64,000 nucleotides of DNA from Candidatus Poribacteria bacterium (GTDB lineage Bacteria > Poribacteria > WGA-4E > WGA-3G): assembly GCA_965214095.1 (NCBI GenBank), contig OZ243938.1, forward strand, positions 3,168,001-3,232,000, given 5' to 3'. A program made the position numbers and the translations under genes. The notes beneath the pieces were generated by a model. It saw nothing but the letters and a program-made list of their open reading frames with translations. It was not told where the DNA came from and did not search any database. How positions within the stretch are numbered: position 1 is the stretch's first letter; the number at the start of each line of letters is the position of its first letter. Below are positions 19,376 through 28,298 of the stretch, piece after piece.

Positions 19376-20929
19376 TTACTTGCGATGCGATTTCAATGAT
19401 CCCCATGTTACCGTAAGCTTTCTATACGGATCTACTGAAATCGGACTCTTTGTATCAAGCCTTTCCGGGTCATCCGGCTTGATCCCAAGATCAGAATTTT
19501 TATTTTCAGTTAAAAGGTAATTGACGATCAATTCAGCAACAACTCTCCCCTTAGGGTTTATCTCGTTGAATGTCTGATACACGATCCCAATCCTTCCTAG
19601 ATTGCCATCTCGCACAATAACAGGATCTGCTCTGGTGCCATTTATATCGCCTGAGTTACTTGCAAGAATCTTTTCTGCAAACCAGTTACCGGCAAGTTTG
19701 TCGAGCTGAAATGCTCGATCCGTCTTAAAATCTGTAAGAGTTGGAGTGATTACTTTGCCATCTGTTGTAACAATCATCGGAACATTCGCTTCTCGTTGAT
19801 TGCCGATATCCCACATTAGCATATCTGGTGTATCCATAATATCTTGCAGTGTTTTGACACCTGCATGACCTACATAGCCAAAATAATCACCGTGATTGAT
19901 AATTGTATTTCCATCAGTTGTCTCAATCCACTTCTCTGCGACCGAACCGTCAATATTATTCAATGCATAGATAGAAGACGGTAAAGCACCATATGTTATC
20001 AAGATATCCGTTTTACTATCTGAGGATGTTTTGAGCATCCATTCTCTAACTTGATCTACATTTTTTGTGATTTCACATTGAACATTTGCTGATAAAAGCA
20101 GATCTTTCGCAATTCGAGATTGCTCGTCTGCGTCTGCGAATGTTACCCAGCTAGTAGATCCTGTATATATCACAGTCTGTATATTATCATCAAGCTCGAC
20201 GAACTTTTCTCTCAAATCAATCTTTCTAAAAATTGGTCGACTATTAAGCACAGCTGCCTCGAAATCAAGTATCCTCATTCTATCGCCCCAATCAGCAGTT
20301 GTTTTACCCCAAGCAATAATAGCTCCATTGAAAGTTTCCTGCGTACCGTTATGTCCTGGATCCAATCCAAATGCATGTCCTAATTCATGAGCAAGCACAG
20401 CAAGGTGATGATTAGGAAACGAAAATTGCCTGTCCATAGTTTCAAGAGCATTGCCGCCTTGTTTTCCTCCATGCCATGTGAAGCCCATCGCTGGAGCTCC
20501 GCGCCAATCTCCGTCGAATTTCAATCCACCTAGAATGACGAGATGCACATTGTTACGCGAATCTATATTCGTCGTATTGTTGAATTGAAATGGGAGTTCA
20601 GGTTCAAGCTTCTTGAATACATCGAGCGACGAATTCGCTCCATAGTGACCATGAACATCATAAAAAGCACTGTCGTTCTTTCCTTCTATAGTATGAATTT
20701 TCACCTTACCGTCATCATCAAGTTCAAGCGGAAATGTGAGCCCTTCGTATCCATGTCGTGTCATTTCTGCTTGGTAGTACTTCTGGATGTCTTTGAGAGC
20801 TAGATCATAGTAATCAATATCGATCTCTCCAGCATCCGTCGGTTTGAAGTAAATAATATGAACATCAAAATTTGCGTTTGCAATCATGGCAAACATCATA
20901 AATATCAATATCAAGACCAATCGTTTCAT
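19376..20929 (-). CDS. Secreted zinc metalloprotease-like protein with Poribacteria-type C-terminal motif
   Basis: GAGGAGG RBS; signal peptide; HELGHAFGL; C-terminal VDPYRKLTVTWGSLK. Confidence 0.75.
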   Translation of the reverse strand: MKRLVLILIFMMFAMIANANFDVHIIYFKPTDAGEIDIDYYDLALKDIQKYYQAEMTRHGYEGLTFPLELDDDGKVKIHTIEGKNDSAFYDVHGHYGANSSLDVFKKLEPELPFQFNNTTNIDSRNNVHLVILGGLKFDGDWRGAPAMGFTWHGGKQGGNALETMDRQFSFPNHHLAVLAHELGHAFGLDPGHNGTQETFNGAIIAWGKTTADWGDRMRILDFEAAVLNSRPIFRKIDLREKFVELDDNIQTVIYTGSTSWVTFADADEQSRIAKDLLLSANVQCEITKNVDQVREWMLKTSSDSKTDILITYGALPSSIYALNNIDGSVAEKWIETTDGNTIINHGDYFGYVGHAGVKTLQDIMDTPDMLMWDIGNQREANVPMIVTTDGKVITPTLTDFKTDRAFQLDKLAGNWFAEKILASNSGDINGTRADPVIVRDGNLGRIGIVYQTFNEINPKGRVVAELIVNYLLTENKNSDLGIKPDDPERLDTKSPISVDPYRKLTVTWGSLKSHRK

Positions 20930-21026
20930 TAGTCCTCCTCTGTTTGTTGTCATTTGTAATGTAACGACGGACGTTTTCCTATATCGAATCCTTCTGCTAT
21001 CTCACTTGTCTCTTTCAATATGTCAA

Positions 21027-21188
21027 GTTTAACTTCCCTTCAAGCCGGAAGGATCATTCAAACAGCACCCCTTGCGAAGCCGCTCACAGTGAGGGCTAAA
21101 TTGACTGATTTCAAACGCGACGATTTTCAGCACATTTTCAACCATCAAAATTTCACTAAATTGCCGCTGAACCCGAATGAACACTGAA
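21027..21188 (-). CRISPR. Second CRISPR leader plus a solitary divergent repeat (psi-R1, 21027-21063)
   Basis: 125-bp ungapped leader homolog (102/125 identical by manual count); repeat GTTTGAATGATCCTTCCGGCTTGAAGGGAAGTTAAAC, 27-28/37 identical to the array repeat. Confidence 0.88.
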
Positions 21189-21396
21189 ACGGACTCGATT
21201 TTTTGGTTTTATTCCGACGCAATATATTACATTTTTGCAGATCTGATGACGGGCATGTTCTCGCACTCCATCGGAGTGCTATGTGTGATTATCTCACATA
21301 CCGCTCCGCTGAAACAAAGACGGTGTTTTGAGTCACGTCGGAACTGCTCTTCGTTCAAGTGAATCCCGGTGATGAACCAATTTCTTGTATTCGAAC

Positions 21397-22164
21397 TCAC
21401 GCTGGATAACCTTCAGCGGGTGGACTGATGGTACGCGTTCTATCTGTCCCTGAAACTATACCTATATTTGCTGCGACATTTCCGGGGTTATTATCAAAAT
21501 CAACTATGATCCGCCGACGTCGTGATATTTCACCTTCAACAGGTGTGACGCGAACTACAGACGCATAGACTAAACGTCCCTGCCTATTTATAGTTAGCTG
21601 CGATGGATTTCCTATTTCATAGTTTGGGAACTCATAGCCTTTTTTTAGAGTGAATTTACCGAGAGATTGAATTGGCAGATACCTTTGAAGTTGTGCTTGG
21701 TCGACCATTATACCAGTATCGGAATTTGGTATGATTGGTAACGGATCAATGGTAATGCGTAAATCTGATGACAAGCGATGTGTGCCTTCCTGTCGTAATA
21801 TATCTTCATCCAATTCCGCTCTGAATGCCTCGCGTATAAGAGTCCGAAATTCACTTGAGTAGTTCTGAGATTTAGGGATAACAACCCAATCATATCCATC
21901 ATTCAACCTTATAGCCAAATCGGTAATTGGAGCTGGGATTGCACGGAGTCTCCAACGCAGTATACCCGCAATAAAGTCACCGGTGTTTTCTGAATTTTCA
22001 CTTCTTAAGATATCGATACCAAGTTTCTCTATAATAACCGTTGGGACCTGTTCTACATCCTGAATAGAAGAGATACCACCATCATCTACGACAACATCTC
22101 CCCCGCACGCAGAGATGCAGAACAGAACTGTGAAGAATATGAAAATAAGTTTGTTGTTTTTCAT
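21397..22164 (-). CDS. Hypothetical lipoprotein, possibly C-terminally truncated
   Basis: Lipobox ISAC; ends abruptly in a beta-rich segment. Confidence 0.55.
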   Translation of the reverse strand: MKNNKLIFIFFTVLFCISACGGDVVVDDGGISSIQDVEQVPTVIIEKLGIDILRSENSENTGDFIAGILRWRLRAIPAPITDLAIRLNDGYDWVVIPKSQNYSSEFRTLIREAFRAELDEDILRQEGTHRLSSDLRITIDPLPIIPNSDTGIMVDQAQLQRYLPIQSLGKFTLKKGYEFPNYEIGNPSQLTINRQGRLVYASVVRVTPVEGEISRRRRIIVDFDNNPGNVAANIGIVSGTDRTRTISPPAEGYPA

Positions 22165-22273
22165 AGGTTGTTATATATGTGTCAATTTAGGAGTCAGATT
22201 TCGGATAATTCACATTCTGTAGGAGCGATCTACGCATCGCGATATTGAAAATAATGGGAATCGGAATTCCCGC

Positions 22274-23476
22274 CTACAGACCTAATTCGTTTTTGACAAA
22301 ATCTTCACATTTCTTGAAGAGTTCTTTTATTTCACTGATCGCCTCTTCTGCTTTTTTAGGATTGTTTCGCATACCACAATGTGCAAAGTCGTTTCGGATA
22401 GCAAAACATTTATTCCATAATTCTATGACCTTATTGTCCGTAGCCAAGGGGGCAAGTTGAGTCGCGATTTGAGAATTTTGCTGTTGTGTGCGTTTTCCCA
22501 ATCCACTTTCCACTCTTGATCTTTTTTCCGAACTTAACCAATGTCCATTATTATCTTGTTGACATTTGTAAGAGATTAACCATTCACGCATCAAGGTAAT
22601 CGCTTGCAGATAATGTTGATTATCCATATACCATTTAATTTGCTGAAATTGTGCCTTAAGGCTATTTTTCGGATTATCAGATGGATTATTTACTGCCATA
22701 CTCTGATAACTCTGCTTTAACTGATCTACTAACATTTGGAAAGGGGGTTGTTGCGTATCATCAGATGGCACATCGTTAAATGTCATGGCTGCTTCCTGCG
22801 CTTCACGGTTAAATGTCATGGCTGCTTCCTGTGCTTCAAGCGTTCGGTTTGTCAGAAGTGCATCAGATAAACTATTCAGTGCTGCCTTCATACCTGGGTC
22901 AACATTCAAAGAGGCAATAGAACGCGCATCCCCATAGTTTTGGAATACATTCACAGCATTCATCCAATCAAGGAGTTCTACGAATGGAGTTAGATCGAAA
23001 ATAGGTGTCTCATTTTTTTCTGAATTGCGTGCTTCAAAAGCTCCATAGATGATATGTTTGAGTTTGATATTTTTGACTTGGCGAAGGTATGCTGCAACGA
23101 TGAAGATGAGTAGCGGAATTGAGCGGAATGCATGAGTAATATCAAGGACAATTTCCACCTCAGAATTATATTCATCGTCTTTGAATACATTTATACAGTT
23201 GTTAAAAATCTCCCATAGTTCTGTGGGTGAATTTCCATTCGGGATATTCTGAGTAGTAAATTTGTCATCATATTTATTTCTTAACTTTTCCAAATCATTT
23301 TCTTTCGTTTCCACCACTCTTCCTGTTGTAAAGGCAATAATTTTATCTGGTTTATAGAGCTCAGCAACAGCAATTGGAAATAAATTTGTTGTTATAGTCT
23401 GACTCTCGTCATCATGCTTGATATAGGTTGTTTCCTTGTAATCCCCGGTTCCAAGGAAGGTGAGTGCTATTAACAT
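22274..23476 (-). CDS. csx1: CARF-HEPN ribonuclease Csx1 (TIGR02221-type)
   Basis: TFLGTGDY, DITHAFRSIP, IIYGAFEA, HEPN RNDFAH. Confidence 0.9.
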   Translation of the reverse strand: MLIALTFLGTGDYKETTYIKHDDESQTITTNLFPIAVAELYKPDKIIAFTTGRVVETKENDLEKLRNKYDDKFTTQNIPNGNSPTELWEIFNNCINVFKDDEYNSEVEIVLDITHAFRSIPLLIFIVAAYLRQVKNIKLKHIIYGAFEARNSEKNETPIFDLTPFVELLDWMNAVNVFQNYGDARSIASLNVDPGMKAALNSLSDALLTNRTLEAQEAAMTFNREAQEAAMTFNDVPSDDTQQPPFQMLVDQLKQSYQSMAVNNPSDNPKNSLKAQFQQIKWYMDNQHYLQAITLMREWLISYKCQQDNNGHWLSSEKRSRVESGLGKRTQQQNSQIATQLAPLATDNKVIELWNKCFAIRNDFAHCGMRNNPKKAEEAISEIKELFKKCEDFVKNELGL

Positions 23477-23823
23477 ATTGCTTCTCCTTCTTCTAAAGGT
23501 TGCCAATCACACCTAAAGAATTCAAAATCATCAGTTGATAGTTGAAGTGTCTCTATATCCGCAGGATTTGCCACCCGTTGACGCAGTTTCACGATGAGCA
23601 TTGTGTCGCCAGGTGTTAATGTTGCCTGTTCTCGTGATACGTCAACGGTAACACCAGTAATCTGCTCAATCAAACCTGCTGTTTCGGTATAACCGATGTA
23701 GCTTCTGAAGTTGTTTGTTTTCGCTGCATCCTGAAGCATGTTTTTGAATGTATCTGCGGGAATTTGTTTTAGTGTGTACACACCTTCATTGGGCATGACT
23801 GCGGAATTGAGTAATAAAATCAT
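23470..23823 (-). CDS. crn2: DUF1874 (AcrIII-1/Crn2-like) ring-nuclease family protein
   Basis: LLNS, SYIGY.ETA.LI, V.VSR, L.PGD...KL..R pattern of the STIV B116 family; directly upstream of csx1. Confidence 0.72.
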   Translation of the reverse strand: MILLLNSAVMPNEGVYTLKQIPADTFKNMLQDAAKTNNFRSYIGYTETAGLIEQITGVTVDVSREQATLTPGDTMLIVKLRQRVANPADIETLQLSTDDFEFFRCDWQPLEEGEAIC

Positions 23824-23844
23824 AAATCCTCATGCAAATATATT

Positions 23845-24480
23845 TCACGGAATAACTTTTGTTATGTTTTCGCTTTCATTAACTGCCATTACTTTCAATT
23901 TCACCTTTGCACCAACTTGTCCTGGATAATAAGGACGTTCAAAAATAAGTTCTTCTTTGTTATCAGTTTGCATCTGTACTTTCACTTTAATCCCAACTTT
24001 CTCTAGTATGATCGCATCGTATTTTTTACCGACTTGGATTTTCGGTTTTTCAACTTCTTCTTTCAGAAATGACGATTGTTTAGCGGGTTGTTCCTGTGTC
24101 TGCTTTTGTTCTTGTGGAACTTGCTCCTCAACGGCACGTTTCGGTTCTTTACTATAGTAATACATCAATCGTCTACACCAGCCGAGGATGAGCATAAGTT
24201 CGTCCAGATCATTGATCTCTTTGAGATGTTTAACACAAGACTCTTGAATATTTACGAGATATTCTGGTGTAGCATTACTACGACTAAATGCGTCATTACT
24301 ATTCGCCATCCGTTGAAGCAATGTCCAGAATGAATCTATTGTGTTGTCAGTCTTTTGATAACGTCGCATGAACGCAACTACTTTGCCAAATTCGTTCACA
24401 TCTGTATTACTGTCATGCAGAGCAGAAGAAAGATCGTGAGCGATTTTCCACTGATTGTCATTGATCTGTTCTGTTTGCAT
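23845..24480 (-). CDS. Unassigned cas-operon protein (helical N-domain, S1/OB-like C-domain)
   Basis: AAGGAGG RBS before MQTEQ; helical region with LILGWCRRL; Q-rich linker; beta-rich basic C-terminus. Confidence 0.5.
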   Translation of the reverse strand: MQTEQINDNQWKIAHDLSSALHDSNTDVNEFGKVVAFMRRYQKTDNTIDSFWTLLQRMANSNDAFSRSNATPEYLVNIQESCVKHLKEINDLDELMLILGWCRRLMYYYSKEPKRAVEEQVPQEQKQTQEQPAKQSSFLKEEVEKPKIQVGKKYDAIILEKVGIKVKVQMQTDNKEELIFERPYYPGQVGAKVKLKVMAVNESENITKVIP

Positions 24481-24490
24481 AATTTCCTCC

Positions 24491-25510
24491 TTAGTATGTC
24501 CAAGGTGGTTGTGGACACTGTCGGTCATTGGGATGTGTAAGGATATCAGCAAGCATCTCTAATAAATCCTGCTGTATTAGCGAACTATTTGCCTTAGTAA
24601 TACAATCTTTCACCCAATCATTTTTCACACTATCTTTTTTAACCTCGACTCTTTCATAATCCCAATCAAGGTATCGTTCATCTGTCTGTTTATCAATATA
24701 TATTTTATCAATCTGGATATCAACTGAACCGTAACATACCGGCTTTGCACCACCGATTTTGAGTTTAAATTGATAATCAGAATGAAGTCCGATTGATGTG
24801 AAAAACAACCCTAATTCTTCTTTTGATAGGTTATTGAACTTTACGGTGAATCGGAATTTTGAGCCAACATCACAAGCTTCAATTGGGGTTTTACCTACTC
24901 CCAGATTTCCGTGCATATAAAACCGACGCATCGGCAGATTTTTCACTTTGTCTTTTTGATAACGTTGTGGTGGATATAGCGGCGGGATCAACTTCGTTAC
25001 GATTTCACCTTCATCTAATGGAGCGTCTTGAATAGAGACATTTCCTTGAAACCCCATTGCACCAAAGATTCGACATGCCACACACACATAGTCTTTTTTG
25101 TTACATTCATAAAAATCATTATTTTTTCTCGGAAATGCTTTGCGAACAGCACCTTTCGTTTTGGAAATGCAGCTTTTAGAAATAGCCTCAACAACACTAC
25201 GAATTGCACCTTTGAGTGAACTACCGGGTATAATAACCTTGTCCCCTGTACGCACCGCTGTTTTGATTAGATTTACGCTTTGGTCAGTGATTCCTACATT
25301 CTCAGCAAGGTCAATAATGCCGCTGCCAATGTGAATTGGCGACAATGCTTCAATCGTTCCGATGATCTGTCCAGATATGCAGTTATTGTGATAACGATGA
25401 TGTCCTGTCGGTGATTTTCTGGTCACCTTATCAGGTAGCGGTATGTATGCATAAGGTTTAGGGGCGATATTCTGGTTTCTTCTTCCACCTCTGCGTTGGT
25501 ATTGTCCCAT
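24491..25510 (-). CDS. cas7: Cas7-group RAMP (terminal III-D subunit)
   Basis: PYAYIP, SPIHIGSG, IPGSSLKGAIRS, CVACRIFG, KIGGAKPVCYG. Confidence 0.88.
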   Translation of the reverse strand: MGQYQRRGGRRNQNIAPKPYAYIPLPDKVTRKSPTGHHRYHNNCISGQIIGTIEALSPIHIGSGIIDLAENVGITDQSVNLIKTAVRTGDKVIIPGSSLKGAIRSVVEAISKSCISKTKGAVRKAFPRKNNDFYECNKKDYVCVACRIFGAMGFQGNVSIQDAPLDEGEIVTKLIPPLYPPQRYQKDKVKNLPMRRFYMHGNLGVGKTPIEACDVGSKFRFTVKFNNLSKEELGLFFTSIGLHSDYQFKLKIGGAKPVCYGSVDIQIDKIYIDKQTDERYLDWDYERVEVKKDSVKNDWVKDCITKANSSLIQQDLLEMLADILTHPNDRQCPQPPWTY

Positions 25511-25513
25511 GTT

Positions 25514-26008
25514 TTATACTCCTTTATTACCTATAAACTCGGTGTATCGCGTAAAACGGATCGTTTGTGATTTTTGTTCTTTGTATTGGATAACCTTGAC
25601 ACATGGATATTGACACCAATCCATCGGATAGTCAAATTTTCGGGGTATACGTGTGTCTCGCCACGGTTTTGTTTCACCACCACCGAGTAGATGGACATCT
25701 TGGGGATGAGTCATCTCCCATTCACCTTGTTCAGTAAAACCTTCCGGTAGGGTGTCTTCAGATAGCCAAAGTAAAGTGTAACCGGTGTTGGTCTTTTGCC
25801 ATCGAAGTTCGGCTTGCCTCCCAAATAGCCTGCCGTGTGTGAACTTCTCAATCTTGGTAGTGTCTGGTGTGCCTTCTGTCCAATCGGTGATTTTATTAGG
25901 TTTTTGAAGTAAATAGTATTTAGTCTCACCAAATTGGAGTCGTGTGAATAGGTCATTGAGTGCAGACACATCAACTACCTGTGTTGTGGCGACGATTGCT
26001 TTTCTCAT
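25514..26008 (-). CDS. csx19: Csx19
   Basis: GRLFGRQAELRW and the VKVIQY...RFTRY ending; position between cas7 genes. Confidence 0.75.
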   Translation of the reverse strand: MRKAIVATTQVVDVSALNDLFTRLQFGETKYYLLQKPNKITDWTEGTPDTTKIEKFTHGRLFGRQAELRWQKTNTGYTLLWLSEDTLPEGFTEQGEWEMTHPQDVHLLGGGETKPWRDTRIPRKFDYPMDWCQYPCVKVIQYKEQKSQTIRFTRYTEFIGNKGV

Positions 26009-26012
26009 GTTA

Positions 26013-27011
26013 CTAATTCCTTTCAACGATGTCACGCCATGAACCGACACATCCACGCCATAATCCTGAGATGTCACCCTCATCTTCAAATGTCAATGTT
26101 GCACCGAGTCCGTAAGCATCCTGTTGTGCTTCGACTCCCTCCACTTCGACGGTATCAGACCCTGGAAATCCATAGGCATCTGCATCGTTGACAAGTTTTC
26201 CAGCACCTGCAACGACGTTCTTGTTGAAGGGATCAACAGGATTTCCAATCATACGGAGCTGTCCGTTTTCTACAACGGCAGTCGGATAGTGGATTTCAAC
26301 TTTATTGACTTTCATGTTAACTTGTCCTAAACCGCGCGATTTTGCAAAACCGATACCGATTCGTTGTTCGTCAAAATCACGGATTGCCAGTGCGATGAGA
26401 GCGAGTTGTGCGGTCGTGAAGTTTTTTACATGGATCTTTGTTTTGAACTCACCTGTTGTGATTACCTCAAAATTGAAAGGACCGACAGCGACTGAACCAA
26501 AAACACGGTCAATTGCAACACCATTACGTTCTTCACGACGGATCGCATTAGGGTTGATTGGATATGCATCGTCAATGCGAGTACGTGATGCTATCACCGT
26601 GTTGCCGAAAAGACGACAGACATTGCAAGATAATCTATGAAATTCCGATCCTGTGTATTCAGATTTATTCGCTTTTTTCCGTGCTTTACTCTCATCATCT
26701 ATCTTCTTACTGCAAGACAAATCAAGCGGATTATTCTCTTTATTTCTTAGTGGGTTACATGTCCATATTCCATTGACTACTGGTCGTTCGTTCCCAAGTG
26801 TTCTGACAATACGTTCACAATGTGCGCGGATTGCACCTTTTAGAGAGGAACCGGGTAGATAAACGCTTCTATCGCCACCATAGTACGTCTCCACGAACTC
26901 CATATCAGGCTTTGTTGGGTCTGCCCCTTGGTCGCTCGCTTTGATGAGCAGTGGTCCGACGGGAGAGATTGTTATTTCAATTTTCGCTTGATTAACCATC
27001 CGTTTGTGCAT
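26013..27011 (-). CDS. cas7: Cas7 (Csm3-like RAMP)
   Basis: ADPTKPDMEFV, YLPGSSLKGAIR, RNGVAIDR, IGFAKSRGLG. Confidence 0.9.
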   Translation of the reverse strand: MHKRMVNQAKIEITISPVGPLLIKASDQGADPTKPDMEFVETYYGGDRSVYLPGSSLKGAIRAHCERIVRTLGNERPVVNGIWTCNPLRNKENNPLDLSCSKKIDDESKARKKANKSEYTGSEFHRLSCNVCRLFGNTVIASRTRIDDAYPINPNAIRREERNGVAIDRVFGSVAVGPFNFEVITTGEFKTKIHVKNFTTAQLALIALAIRDFDEQRIGIGFAKSRGLGQVNMKVNKVEIHYPTAVVENGQLRMIGNPVDPFNKNVVAGAGKLVNDADAYGFPGSDTVEVEGVEAQQDAYGLGATLTFEDEGDISGLWRGCVGSWRDIVERN

Positions 27012-27822
27012 CTGTTCCCTCCAATTCTACTTCTATTCTATCTTTGAATGCCTTTATCCACGATTCCCAGTTTGCATCATCGCCTTTATCGTCTTTGGTA
27101 AGATAATCTATTATCTTTGTCTTGCCAATGTATTGTGCGGAGTCCAACGTTAGGGTGATAGCACCGAGTCCACGACTACTTGCGCCGCCGATAGTCAAGT
27201 CGCCTTTTTCAAAAGCAGATAACCCCAAGTATAGCATACCGAGCTGCCAATCTGTGGCGTTGTCAACGATTGCATGGAAATCAAACGGGGTGCCTGCGGG
27301 GACAACTTCAAAATCGTAAAGGTGACCGCTAACAGCGGTTTCAGTATCACGATCAATTGCAACACCATCCCTTTGTTGATACTGACCGAACCACTGATCT
27401 TTTTCAACGTAAAGGTCTCGGATTTGAAGTTTTGAGGCATACCACAAAGAACCAAAGAGTTTGCAGACCCAACATGTTTTGCTAAGCAGTGTCGAATTAT
27501 ACTTTTCCTCGTTCCAATTGTTATCGTCACGATCATCACGAATTGTTTTCATTTCATCTCTTGTGATACACTGTTTATCATTGTTCGTCGGGTTGCAGAC
27601 GACTTTTTTATCATCAGCAAAACTTCGGAGGATACTCTCTACATAAGACCTTAGCACACCTTTGAAACTTGAGCCAGGGATATAGGGAGCACCTTCAGCA
27701 TCTCGCACAACAGGCAAGTCTGAACCGATAACCGCAGTTGAACGTCCTGCACCGACACGGATTGCTGTCTGTGTTTCCACCGTGCCTTTCAGGTTGAGTC
27801 GGGATTGGAATCTGTCAAACAT
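26992..27822 (-). CDS. cas7: Cas7 (Csm3/Csx7-like RAMP)
   Basis: GSDLPVVRD, PYIPGSSFKGVLRS, RDGVAIDR, IGGASSRGLG. Confidence 0.9.
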   Translation of the reverse strand: MFDRFQSRLNLKGTVETQTAIRVGAGRSTAVIGSDLPVVRDAEGAPYIPGSSFKGVLRSYVESILRSFADDKKVVCNPTNNDKQCITRDEMKTIRDDRDDNNWNEEKYNSTLLSKTCWVCKLFGSLWYASKLQIRDLYVEKDQWFGQYQQRDGVAIDRDTETAVSGHLYDFEVVPAGTPFDFHAIVDNATDWQLGMLYLGLSAFEKGDLTIGGASSRGLGAITLTLDSAQYIGKTKIIDYLTKDDKGDDANWESWIKAFKDRIEVELEGTDAQTDG

Positions 27823-28298
27823 TAGTTGCTACCCCCATCCTTCGCCAGATATGCCTGATACCGAGCAAGGTTCCCTAAGTAAAGCTGCATGAGTCGGAGA
27901 TGAACTTTCTGAATCTGATCTTTGTCCGGTTCTTTATCTTGATCAGTGGCTATAGAACTGACGATTTGCTTAGCATCAGTGGATAATGCATCAATCTTTT
28001 TGACTAATGCGGTAGCGAAAGTTGTATCGCCGCCAGCAGTATCTTGCCACATCCGATTTGCACCTCTCCGACCAAGTTGATAACGGATATAGTTTTTGGT
28101 GACTTCAATGCCACTTCCAGGGTCTGTTGCAACGTTCAAAACATTGCGGAAAGGAGATCTCTCTTTAACATTTTCGAGCTTATAACTTTTTGAGAAGGTC
28201 TGCATCTTTGGAATGATTTCTTCCATCTGCAAACTGATTGCGCGTTCTATTCTTAGATTGGTCTGTCTTTCAGTGGTATTTTTATCTGCTTGACTCAT
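27822..28298 (-). CDS. cas11: Cas11-like small subunit
   Basis: All-helical 158 aa with NYIRYQLGR and LYLGNL; position in the operon. Confidence 0.7.
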   Translation of the reverse strand: MSQADKNTTERQTNLRIERAISLQMEEIIPKMQTFSKSYKLENVKERSPFRNVLNVATDPGSGIEVTKNYIRYQLGRRGANRMWQDTAGGDTTFATALVKKIDALSTDAKQIVSSIATDQDKEPDKDQIQKVHLRLMQLYLGNLARYQAYLAKDGGSN

